From NCBI GenBank assembly GCA_964247055.1, contig OZ176057.1:186001-250000 (forward strand): a stretch of 64,000 bases of DNA, in the 5' to 3' direction. The translations under genes and the position numbers were made by a program. Below the pieces are notes generated by a model, which did no database searches, had not been told where the DNA came from, and saw only the letters and a program-made list of their open reading frames with translations. Positions 52,797 through 64,000 of the stretch are shown here, piece after piece. Position 1 is the first letter of the stretch. Each line of letters starts with the position of its first letter. This DNA is from Paragordius varius. Lineage: Eukaryota > Animalia > Nematomorpha.

Positions 52797-54660
52797 TACA
52801 AAGATATAGACGAGTGAGATAAAAAATTTGTTTTAACTATACTTTTAAATATCTTGTGACAATTGCGGCGCGCTCAATTAATTATTGCTTTAATTAATAT
52901 TCATTCATGAAGCAAAGGTATATAATAAATTTCGCCAAGAATAATTTATGTGTTTTTTTGAATTGAATATATTAATAACAAGAAGTACATTTATCATTTT
53001 ATAATCTATATATAAATCTATTGCCTTTACTATTCTCTCATAAATTTTGTAAAGTCCAAAATCAAAGTTCATTTATATTGAAATTTTGGCTTAAACTCTG
53101 CTCTCTCGCCTCACCTCATCTCTGCCTATTTCTTCGTTCGAAAAACACAATCAATCAATTCGCAAATACCAACATTTTTATCACCTAAATCATTTTAAGT
53201 TTTAATTTAATAGGAAATGTGTAAACAAATAATTTTAATTAAATTTAATTAGACATAATTTTTGGAAAAAATATAAAGCAAAGTAAATTAAATTATATTG
53301 TTAGTTTTGTCCCGTAAATTGTTTTGAAGCTCAAAAATTGGCAAGTTTGTGAGAAATACAGGAAAAACATTTTTAATATCCACACTTTTTTTCAAAATTT
53401 TGTAAAATATTGAAACATGTTGTGATACTTTCATACATTAAAGCCTTGAGGCTACTTGTTTAAAACTGTGTGAGATACCTTATGTAACGGATATGTTCAT
53501 TAGCTGACATTTAAAATTACAAGTTTTAAAACACAGGGAAACACACAAAAATGATAATAGGGTTTTTTTGTTTGGAAGGAATTTTATGCCTTAATAATTA
53601 TAAAATCTGGTTTTTTATTTTCAAAATATTAATGATATCTGGAGAATGTATGACATTACAATAATTGGATAATAATTTCTTAAACATGAAATGTATTTAA
53701 ATTAAATTTTTATTCATAGTAAACATTTTATCGGGGAATGATTTTATAACTTTTAAATATTGGCAATAATTCGGGAAAATTTATTTTTTTTAAAATAGGA
53801 TGCACCCGTTCATTAATTGAAAATTAGGAAGGCTAAAATCGAATTTAACTATTTTAAAATATAATTAAAAATTAATATTACACGGACAAAAAAATTTAAA
53901 GACAAATTTTTTTAAGACAACCATTTTTTAAACATCAATTTTTGCTTAAATTATATTAACATTTTTATATATAATTGGTGTTATGATACATCTCTTTTAT
54001 ATACTTTGTTAAACAATTTATATTTATTAAATTATATAAACTATAGGTATTTTTTAAAAAACATTTAATTTTACGTTAAATCCAATTACAATATTTATAT
54101 AGATAATAATTAGAGTATTACACTAAAATTTAAAACTACTAAAATATTTTTAAAAACCCATTTTTCAAAAATATCTAGATTTTTAGCTATATTTGTGACG
54201 GTTGTAAAATATATAGAAATCTTGGTAACACCCTAAGTTATTTTAAAAAAATTGTAAAAAATAATTCATAAAAATTAGGGCTCAAAAAACCAGGGCAGGA
54301 GTGTCCAAGATAAAAAAAAATTGACAGACCGCCAAGCAAAATATATGGAAATCAACAAATATTTAAGTAGAATCTAAACACAAGATGTAAAATCTACTAT
54401 TTATTTTTACAAAATAAAAACTTATTCAGAATGATAAGAATATATTTTTTCATAGTTTTATGTAAAATTTGGTTGAAGGCCTCACACCTCTGTTTTAAGG
54501 TACTTCATTTATTATGTCTATGTCAAATAATTAAAGCCAAACAGTTTTGGAAACTTTTCTTATTCAAAAGTAGATAATAGCTATCTATATTTCATATGCT
54601 TTGATCATAGATATCGTTTGGTTTCCCAAAATTTCTTTGAGGTTTTGAAAAATCCAATTA

Positions 54661-54936
54661 CAGTATAAACTTATATTATACGGACACGAGGTTAAAATAT
54701 AAAGACAAATATATTTTTCTAAAAATCCATACTTTTTAAATTTTAATTTTTTCAAATAAGTCATTGTTTAAAATGGCAAAGTGTGAAATAGAAATATATA
54801 TCAACAATCTATTCTATAATTTACGATAACTAAATAGCTTATATAGAAAAATACAAGGTTTAAAAAGTATGTTTTTTAGATAAAAGTATTTGTATTTATA
54901 TTTTTACGTTTTGTCCTTATAATTTTATATTTACTG
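54661..54936. mobile_element. CAGT-ended MITE with TA flanks
   Basis: ta|cagtataaac...tttactg|ta; same TIR and core as 34628-34894. Confidence 0.82.
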
Positions 54937-55611
54937 TATTTTTAAAATTAACAATAAATATATATATATATATTTAAAATATATTGGAGAAATAAGATAT
55001 CACAACAAATATCTTACTTAAAAAAGTCTTTGATAATTTTAGGAAAGGCTATTATTAATTAATTTCAAAGAATTTTAAAACTCAACACAAGCCTGAAAAC
55101 CATAACAATCCATTCATTTATTTTTAATTTAAACAATTTTTTTATCTAAAGGTTTCAAAAAAAAATTCAATAAATTTCACAAATGGTTAATAAAGAAGCG
55201 CGTTACAGGATATTATACATCTGTTGAACACACTTTACACCTAAAAGTTAATTTTAATGAGCTGTTTTTATAAAAACTGTTAATTTGTTGATAAAACTTA
55301 TAAACGCATTCAAATATACAATAAAATTTTAAATTATAAAGACAAAACACAAAAATTAGTTAGGTATCCAAAATTTATTAATCTTAAATTTTTAATAGAG
55401 ATTTTTAAAGTCAACCACATAATTTGATAATAAGCTATTATGGGATGTTAAACAAGAAATATAAATATGAATAGCTAAGACGCAGCTATGTATTCCGACA
55501 TTTGGTTTATGTAAAAAAAATTTTTTTTATAATTTTTTGAGAAATATATTTTGATAATTTTGACTTTCAAATAATTTTGTAATATTATTCATTGACTCTA
55601 TTTTAAATTAT

Positions 55612-55642
55612 AAATATATATATATATATATATATACATATA

Positions 55643-55682
<40 letters not shown>
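55612..55682. repeat. (TA)n microsatellite; smaller ones near 8485, 40455, 43410 and 48710
   Basis: Read directly from the sequence. Confidence 0.95.
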
Positions 55683-55685
<3 letters not shown>

Positions 55686-56081
55686 TGATGGTATAAATTG
55701 ATAAAATGAAAATTACTTTTAAATATATTTTTTATTTTATCGATATAAATACCCTTCTAACCGTTATATTTTGTTAAATTTATATATTTTGAAAACATAA
55801 TCAATATGAATTTATGGAAATTATTTTATTATTTCTGCTTTAAGAACTCAAATTTATCAGAATTAAAGATATTATAACTTTTAATTGATAGTGCATTAAA
55901 ATATAGGGTGGGATAAAAAATTTTTTGACTTGGCTTACAAGTTTTTCAAGTCATGGCTTGCTTTCATGTATAAAAAAAATTAACATTAGGGCACTTAAGT
56001 CAAGCAAGGAAATTTGAAAAGAAGGTGATAAAAAATCATATGATTAAGAAAAACTTGAAGAAATTGCAAGTGTGGTATAGG

Positions 56082-59000
56082 TAAGGTGACCAGATTTTAT
56101 GAAGGAAAAAGCGGGACAAATCTGATAAAGGGGTTCATTGGGGGGTACACCCAAAAATTTTTTGTAATATTTATTTATTTTAACACAATACATTATAAAT
56201 ATAAAAAAATTTGTACCTTACAGGTTGTTTGTACCTTATTCAATAAATTTACATGTGCACGAACAAAGGGTGAAGTGATTGTAATATTCTAGAAAAAAAT
56301 AATAAAGACGAAATCATCACAAAGTGCGCTGGGTGATGCAAGAAGCGGCACAAATATTTTTAACAATTTAGCGAATAATCCTAATAAAAAATTATTGGCA
56401 GATACACAACGCTATTCAAACAGCTACTGATTTGTTACCCCTGAATGTAAAAAATATTGATGTTAAAATGTTTGGGTATTGTAGAACTGTTGGTTAGCTC
56501 TTTTGCCAGCGATTGAAATATTTATAAAAATGTGATCTAAATCCTATTTTTATCACAGGACAAAGGTCAAAATTCCAAGTCAAAAAAGGTTAGAAAATAA
56601 TTTTATACCATTACCTAATCGCAATATTATAAAGCATCCAGAAAAACAAGACTTAATGAATAGCCAGATAAAAATGTTTTATACAAACAGAAACGATTAT
56701 TTGGAAAACAAGACGGTGCACAATGACACTTATGAAGTCTCATTATTAAATATATTGATTGAAAACGTATATTATGGACAACAGAAAAAAATACGTAGGA
56801 TAGAAATGGTTAAAATAATCATTTTTAAACAAATTATGTTCCATACAATAATATTTTAATTGTAGTTGCATTATCTTTACCTGAACCACTGCTATTGAAT
56901 GCGTTTTTTCACAGTAAATTAAGTTAGACACGGAATCAATGTTGAATAAAAGCCATTTTATGTGTTCAAATATAATTTGACAAATAAAGACTTATACAAT
57001 ATTTTAAGTAATTTTGTTTATTTTTTAACATAAAAACTTTATTAATATAAGAAAATATTTTTCTTTGGTATATTTTGTGTTTGAGTGAATGCGTTTTAGC
57101 AGATTGTCATCATTTTTTAGAATGTTGTAGAATCTTCACAAGAATTTGTCAAATTATATTTGACAATAAAAATGGCCTTTAAAGTTTCAACATTTAAATT
57201 TGATTTTTCCGATGTCCACATCTGAATTACTGTGGAAAACGCGCTCAGTAGCAGCGTTGGTTCCAGGTAAAGATAGTGCGAATCCCACAATTTTTAAAAT
57301 ATTATTGTATAGAACATTTGTTTCAAAATGATGGAATATTTCCAACCATTTCCTTTCTACTATATATTTACCTTTTGTCCATAATTTAGGTTTTTCATTA
57401 TTAATATATCTTTTAACTAATGATACTTTAGTCTGAAAGATTAATTTTTAAAAATTTTTGGGAGAAGATATAATCAAATCTTGAACATCGCATCAATTAT
57501 ATTCTGATTTTAATATTATCCAATAAAATAGATCAATTTCATTGAATTGCTTCGTCCAGTCTTCCAAATAATCTTTACAGTTTGTATAAATTATTTTTAT
57601 ATGGTACAGGATATCTTGGCGATTTACTAAGCCTTATTTTTCTAAATTATTTATTATATTGCGGATGATTAATGGTATAAAAATATTTTTTAACCGTTCT
57701 TGACATTGGAATTTTAGGTTACTTCATTGGCTACTTCGATTGCCAAAATTTTGTCACCTTCTATTAACAACATTTTGAAAGAGAGAAGCTTGGTTATATT
57801 AGAATTCTAACCATATTTTTGAAAAATCACTTTCAAAAAACTTTTTTAATGTTGTAGGACATTTGTCATGTGATTAAAAAAAGATTTCAAAGGATCATAC
57901 ATTTTTAAAATTCTTTAGATAGCTGGCATAAAAGCTAACCAACGGGTTTTACAATATCCAAGCATTTTTTGATATTAAACTTCTATATTTTCACAGAATT
58001 CTTTAAACGTTTCAACACGTACCGTGTTTATATAAAAAGAATATATTTTAACAACTATATTTTCCACATCTAGGGGTAACAAATCAGCAGCTGTTTGAAT
58101 AGCGTTGTACATTATATGCGCTGGACACCCAACCCCAATAATGTTTTGATTAAGATTATCTGTTAATTTATGATGAAAAATGTTCCCCTTCTTGCTTTTC
58201 CACCAAAGTTCGTATTGGTGTTGTCAGCGCAATATGCGATTGTCTTTAAGATTATTTTTTTCTAGAATATGCATTATTGAAGTAAATATTATTTCGGAAT
58301 TTTCACCGGGTAGATAAATTAAATCTTAAATTTTAATTTTTACTCCGGTTTGTGAATCAAATATCTTATTAAAGTGAGAAATAATTTTTCATGGTGATTT
58401 GATGCATCAGAGTATAGGGATAAGAACTTAATTTTCATCAGCCTTTGTATGGGCACATAAATAATTTTTATGGAATAACGTGCGGATAACCTGTGAGGTA
58501 CAGTCCATAGATCTAAAGGAATGATTGTGATTAACGGCGTGAAAAGATAAAACGCCCTCAGCTAGTGCCAAATTCTTTTCTTCCTCTCCAAGAGCGATTT
58601 TTCGAAAAAACTTGCTCATTTTGTAAGTTGATGGCGTTACTAAACATTTTTTATGTTTCTGTGTTTTTATATGCTTTGTAATATCATGCTTGCCGCCATG
58701 TGCTAGGTGAATTCCTCGCATATAAGACATTTAACAGATGATTCATTCTTCGTTTTTTTGATAAAAGGAAAATCTTTCATTAATTCATAGTTGAATTTAC
58801 AACCTCTTTTTGTGCTCATATTTATAGAATACTATTAGTATAATAAATATTATACCTTAATTTTCTGAAAAAAAACGTGTAAGCTACCGATTTGTGGTAT
58901 CAATTTGTCTTTTAAGCTACCGAGTGGTATTAAATTGGCTTTTTGATAATGATGACAGTAGTAATAGGAAGGAAAGTGTATAATCAATAAATATTTTTTA

Positions 59001-59208
59001 ATTAAAAATAAAAAATTTTAATTTAAAATTTATATAGAGATATTTAATGATAAAAAATTTAAACGGATAAAAAAAATTATTTGTATTAAAAAAATTTTTT
59101 TTTTATATAATCGTGAAAAAGCGGGACATTTCAAAACGTAGCGGGAAGCGGGACAAAGTGTGAAAAAGCGGGACTGTCCCGCCAAAAGCGGGACGTCTGG
59201 TCACCTTA
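56082..59208 (-). mobile_element. Full-length (3127 bp) hAT element with a pseudogenised transposase
   Basis: TIRs TAAGGTGACCAGA...TCTGGTCACCTTA, perfect 8-bp TSD GGTATAGG and subterminal aagcgggac repeats. N-terminus MSTKRGCKFN...VKCLIC / HGGKHDITKHIKTQKH...HNHSFRSMDC is frameshifted. An inverted-repeat insertion sits at about 56860-57290. Confidence 0.93.
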
Positions 59209-60269
59209 GGTATAGGGCACATTGACATATAAAAAAATATGAGAAAAAAATATTTTAGTAACTTTTTATGTATATAATTTAGGTTTAATATGTAATTGGA
59301 ACTTGCGATCTGCTTATTTGCTAATTTTGGCTAATTTTACCTATTCAAAGTGGAGAGAATGAAAGTTTGGAAAAACTGTACAAAATGTGTATAAATATTA
59401 AACTAAAGAATCTTATTATAGTTTCCATTAACTCTCAAAATAAACATATGCAAAATCACAAGTTAATATTTAATATTTATTTTATAGAAAATAATCGCAC
59501 TCCGAGTAAAGTTTTGTGGTTTCATCAAAAAAAAGACAAGAAAAGGATTACATTATTATCAATTTTTACTTCTAGCAATAAAATGTAACAAATAAAGTAA
59601 ATGAATATTTACTCAAGCAATTTTTTAAGGTATTTGATTTATATTGATATAACATACACATACAAAATAATAATTTGCTTTTATCATAACACATCTCACT
59701 ATAAATATACTTAATTTTATTACTAATCGATAACACAACTTATGTTAAAATAAATCAATTACTAACCGCTAATCGTAAAAGTTAATTTTATAATATTATA
59801 TAATTTTTTATATATTTATCAGTTGGGTATAATTTATTATAACACAATAATGGGAAAACACAGTAATGCAATGGACTTAAAGAAGTTGTTGTTTATATAG
59901 GTTATATTTAATTCCGAGAAATGTATACGGATATTATTATATATTTTTATCGTGCATTAACATATACAAATTGAGAATGATGAGTGTGTATAAAACAGTC
60001 ACGTCTAAAACTTGTCACGTAGTATATAACATGTCACGTAAAATTTTAATAACAGAAAAGTATTTTAAGTATGCATTGAATGGCAAAGTAATATATAAAA
60101 TATAGTTATGCTTTGTTGCATATTATAACATCATATCAATATTTCAACTCGTTTTATATTTATTTAGCTAAAATTCTCTATACTTTTCATGAATAGAGAG
60201 AAGTTAGTAGAAATTATTTAAAATATTTTAAATTTATTATTTTTTTTATTCCTAACCTCTGTTTAATAG

Positions 60270-60450
60270 ATATCTCATTGTATTTGCAAAAGGGCTCCTC
60301 CCAAAATCAGTAGCAAAACGTGAAGCAGTATGGAGAGACATACACTAGGAATTCGTGATAACACTGGGGAAGATATTGATATTTCTCAATTGAAAAAAAT
60401 GTCGCAAAATATCAAAACAAATCTTAACAAGAAGATGGATATTCGTCTAA
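60270..60450 (+). pseudogene. Myb/SANT-like gene remnant, probably the second gene of the Harbinger element
   Basis: KREAVWRDI...ISQLKKMSQNIK in broken frames, convergent with the Harbinger transposase. Confidence 0.55.
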
Positions 60451-61169
60451 GAGGTATTATTTATAACGGGCTTACCCTTTTTTATTATGATCAAGGCAAT
60501 TTCAATATGCCCATTATTTATTATAACTTAGGAAATATGCAAAGGGGTATTTTAAATACAAAGTTAATAATAATTAGCAAGAATGTTCGAAATTTTTAAC
60601 ATCACAAAAAATGATTTCATTCACAAAAAATATAAAAACACCTAAGGTTAATATTATTTTTAGTTAAAATCCTTATCTACCATTTACATAGGTAATAAAA
60701 AATTGTGTTATTACCCCATGAGAAGGTTATGTTGGATATTATGGATTGCGAACATAATCCAGTGCATATTAATGTTCCTGGTGGTAAAGAATGTGGTATC
60801 GTAACGATTTCCGATGATATACCTTGTAAGTCATAATCCATAATGTAACTCTGATTTTTTAATCGCAATATTAAAGGTATAGACGTAATAAAAAATGTCA
60901 ATTTTAATTTATATTATAGGTATATCCGTGCCGCAACCAACTACAAATAAAAAAATATATAAATAATCAGAAAAGGTGTCCCAAAACACTATAGCCGATA
61001 TGCAATTTAAAGTGTTGGAGGTTCATGAAGTATTAATGCTTCAGAAATAAGTTTTACTGCTGGAGAAAGATAAACTCATTAAAATAAAGTTATTATATCT
61101 TTTCAAACTGTCCAATATAAAATGTCATTGACATATATATAATCCATGCGAATCATTATTTGTAGCTAA

Positions 61170-62600
61170 TATATTTATAATAAATTAATGCTTTCAATAC
61201 ATTTACAATGCTATCTCTTTTTTGTTGACCTGAGATTCTTTCGTCTGTCAAAGCACTATCCATATTGTCTTCATCTTAACTATCATCATCGTTATTAAAA
61301 TTATCTAAATCAATTGATATCACATCATCTATATCAAAATCATCCTTTAAAAATTTAGCCATGTTATGTAGAACGGCGTAGCTTACAATAATATTTACTG
61401 CGGTATCCAAATGGACTCGCATTTTATTATGCAAAATCGGAAACCTGCGTTTGAATTGACCAAATAGCTTTTAAATGACTATTCTTTCTCCAGCATGGAA
61501 TGTATTAAACTTAGTTTGTAAAAGGCTGTTAGGGTTTTAAAATGGTGTTAATATATACCAATTGCACTTCAAGAGTGTCCTTGAACACTTTAAGTTGGTC
61601 CTTGAACAATATAAGTTGGTCCTTGAACAGTTCAAGTTGGTCCTTGAACATTTCAAGTTGGTGCTTGAACACTTAAAGTTGGTCCTTTGACTTTTTTGTT
61701 TTGTTTTTAACTTTTATCAATCAAATGGTAAATAATTCATCTATTTTATTGATTTTAACCTATTTTCTATTATTTAACAAAAATTTTAAATCGATACCAA
61801 CTTTTAATCTTTGAGATTTTTCATTAAAAATTTTATTTTTAAATGAATAAATTTAAAATAAAGAAAATTAGGTTAATAATTAATAAAATTAAAAAATAAA
61901 TGCAAAAATTATGGTTAAATCAAAATTTATAAATTTTAAGGACCAACTTGAACTGTTCAAGGACCAACTTGAAATGTTCAAGGACACTCTTGAAGTGCAA
62001 ATGGTATATATGGAGTAATTCCATACCCACTGTCACCCAATAGTGCCGCATTGGTATTGGCTAAAAAGGAACGTTTATACTTTTGCGGAAAATCCGGCTA
62101 TCATGAACGCTTCCCGGCATTTTAACGTTTAAACTCGTTATAAATTCATCACCGTCACAGTTAAATTGACAATTAAGGCTATAACGGCCTTTTCGGTTGA
62201 TATATTCGTCACCAAATTCCTTAGGCCTCATGATGTCAATGTGAGTACAGTCTATGACACCGATAACTGTTGGCATCTTATGATTCTTCTGTCAACGTTG
62301 TTTAGCGTCTTCTAGTTGGAACTGGTCAGATGGAAATCTGATCCATTTACTAGCACTGTCACAAAATTTTTCCGCTACTTTAGATACTTTTTTAGTAACG
62401 GTTGATCGTTCTACACCAAAGAAAAAATCCCCACACAACATCTAGGTGAAAGTGCGCCACCTCTTTTTTCAATAATATCATTAGGGAAATTTGTGAAGAA
62501 ATCAATGCTTTCATCATTAAATCTTAACAAACGTTCCATATGTTGCAATATTTTTTGCGCTCCGATTTGTTTTTGAAATGGTTCATGTACATTTCTGTAA
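61170..62600 (-). pseudogene. PIF/Harbinger (HARBI1-like) transposase pseudogene
   Basis: WIRFP, VIGVIDCTHI, NRKGRYSLNCQ, PGSVHDSRIF, LLGDSGY, FNTFHAGER and FGQFKRRF...VLHN with an acidic tail. Contains stops and a MITE insertion; element ends not found. Confidence 0.9.
61556..62006. mobile_element. Foldback-like MITE (subfamily A) inserted into the Harbinger transposase
   Basis: TACCAATTGCACTTCAAGAGTGTCC...GGACACTCTTGAAGTGCAAATGGTA. Removing it with one TA restores GDSGYGITPYILTP. Confidence 0.9.
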
Positions 62601-63493
62601 TCAGAAAAAAATAGAAGGATATTTTAAAAGGTTATATATGTATTTTTAAAATAAATTAACCTTAATTTATAGATATACAGGATTAATGACAAAAGTTGTT
62701 CGGGGTGCGTTCTATTAAAGTAGATACGTTTATTAACGTTTAACAATCTATATAAATATACAAATTTACTTGAATTTAAATTGTATTTTTACAGATATCA
62801 CCTGCCCTCAAATATACCTTTGTTAAATTTTTTAAGCGAAATTGTTATTTAGTGAGACTAATGTTGCTTAAAATAAATAATTAAGATATAATCTAAAATT
62901 ATATATGTATTATACCTGTATTATGTTAAACTTGTAGTAAAAAAATATAAGAGTGTTTGAAGGGCGAATGGTTTCTTAAAAGCTATAGGTATACGGTGGA
63001 ATATTTAAAAATTTTAATATTTATTATATTTTAACATACCTAATTTTGAGTTTAAATAAATGCATATTGTATTGGGTGGTTATTCTTTGTTGCCTTAATC
63101 AATAAATTTTCGTTGTAAAATTTTAAAATATTCCCAGCATAATTTGAATTATAATAGTTTTTAACATTCAGAGTAGCGTATAAAAATTAATAAAACTTAG
63201 ATCGTGTAAAATTAAATATTCAATTTAGCTATGAAAATACAACATAGCAATAAAGTTAACTATTAATTTCATCATAGTAGTTTTATTTGAGTTTTAACGA
63301 TTTTTAATCAAGAATTTATAATTAAATTAAAATTTAACTTCATAATTGCTCGTTGTAGACAAGCTTAAAAAGTAAAGTTATCAAAATATTGATTTTAAAT
63401 TGTATCAAATTTATGTTTATATTGTCATATACTAAATGATGTATATATGACGTGTTATAATTGATTGTTGATTATTTAGTTAAATTTGAAAAA

Positions 63494-63718
63494 ATGCATA
63501 AAATAAATCATTCAATATTAAAAAATCAGCAAGAAACTTTAACGATCACCTCTATTGTTACCCCAATTGAAGAAATATTCTCTCTTTTGAGAAAAATGAT
63601 ATACGTCAAAAGAAATATAGATAATCCAATGCTAGCTTTTAAATTAAGAAATCATAATCCTTTAGTTTGGTACAATAGATACAGATCTATAGCCAGTCGT
63701 ATGACATCCCGTATATGA
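63494..63718 (+). CDS. Unknown 74-aa protein (copy 2), MHKINHSILKNQQ...RSIASRMTSRI
   Basis: Intact ORF with synonymous-biased divergence from copy 1. Confidence 0.6.
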   Translation: MHKINHSILKNQQETLTITSIVTPIEEIFSLLRKMIYVKRNIDNPMLAFKLRNHNPLVWYNRYRSIASRMTSRI

Positions 63719-63748
63719 TGTGAAAAGAAAACTCAAAACATTGGTTTA

Positions 63749-63920
63749 ATTCCGGGGGCTTCGGAACTCGCCGCCACGAGTTTTTGGGCCCCCGCGAATA
63801 ATTTGAAAAAATACTCTACATATGCAATTCAATTAAAGCATCGAATGAGGATCGAGATTGCGCTTTATACTTCATATCAGGGGTGTCCACAAGTCGCCGC
63901 CACGACTTTCTGGGCACTCC
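63749..63920 (+). other. Twin long hairpins with an identical CCGCCA loop (63749-63799 and 63880-63920); mirrored at 25074-25024 and 24943-24903
   Basis: Stems of about 22 and 17 bp that pair well only if G-U is allowed on this strand. Confidence 0.6.
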
Positions 63921-64000
63921 GTGAAAACAATGGAAAAATAAACCAAATATAATAACCATATTATCCGCAATAAATAATATACGTAGAAAAATAAATAGAA

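Larger units (their letters stand above)
63150..64000 (+). repeat. Dispersed repeat module (copy 2), running off the end of the window
   Basis: Reverse complement of 24820-25685. Confidence 0.93.

Noticed and set aside
56086-56931. Short track ORFs within the hAT element and similar 60-90 aa AT-rich ORFs elsewhere
   Set aside because: They are antisense or out-of-frame pieces of transposons or MITEs with no coding signature.
63716-63950. TGA read-through (Sec or Trp) extending the 74-aa ORF, since the frame stays open about 70 more codons in both copies
   Set aside because: Differences after the TGA are mostly non-synonymous, the copies differ by a frameshift near the end, and the hairpins lack the SECIS AUGA/GA core.

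Overview
This is very AT-rich eukaryotic (animal-like) genomic DNA with spliceosomal introns; it is not prokaryotic and has no CRISPR, rRNA or tRNA that I can support. All annotation was done by eye against remembered family motifs, with no database searches. Six host genes can be reconstructed exon by exon: AUH (+, 206-3442), UQCR10 (+, 30071-30265), PUS1 (-, 30350-41836, 11 exons), WBP4/FBP21-like (+, 41973-45180), VMA21 (-, 45232-45518) and a divergent aquaporin (-, 45625-52796). Introns fall into two classes: micro-introns of 21-34 nt, and 0.2-2.2 kb introns largely filled with MITEs. Gaps between the five clustered genes are only 51-136 nt. The rest is a ~20-copy 170-bp tandem array (4.4-7.9 kb), a degenerate ~158-bp repeat, and decayed or nested transposons (RTE, Gypsy, mariner, hAT, Harbinger, several MITE families). 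The best leads are: (1) a module present twice in inverted orientation (24.8-25.7 kb and 63.15-64 kb) carrying an unrecognised 74-aa ORF whose differences are almost all synonymous, followed by twin G-U-rich hairpins with an identical CCGCCA loop and a compensatory base-pair swap; (2) signs of unusual splicing (a 21-nt intron, an AUH junction with no usable GT/GC donor, a possible AT-AC intron in PUS1, and a WBP4 lacking WW domains); (3) an aquaporin with an NPF motif, remodelled filter and probable long loop D. The species cannot be identified from this window; such short introns are known from reduced animal parasites such as dicyemids.
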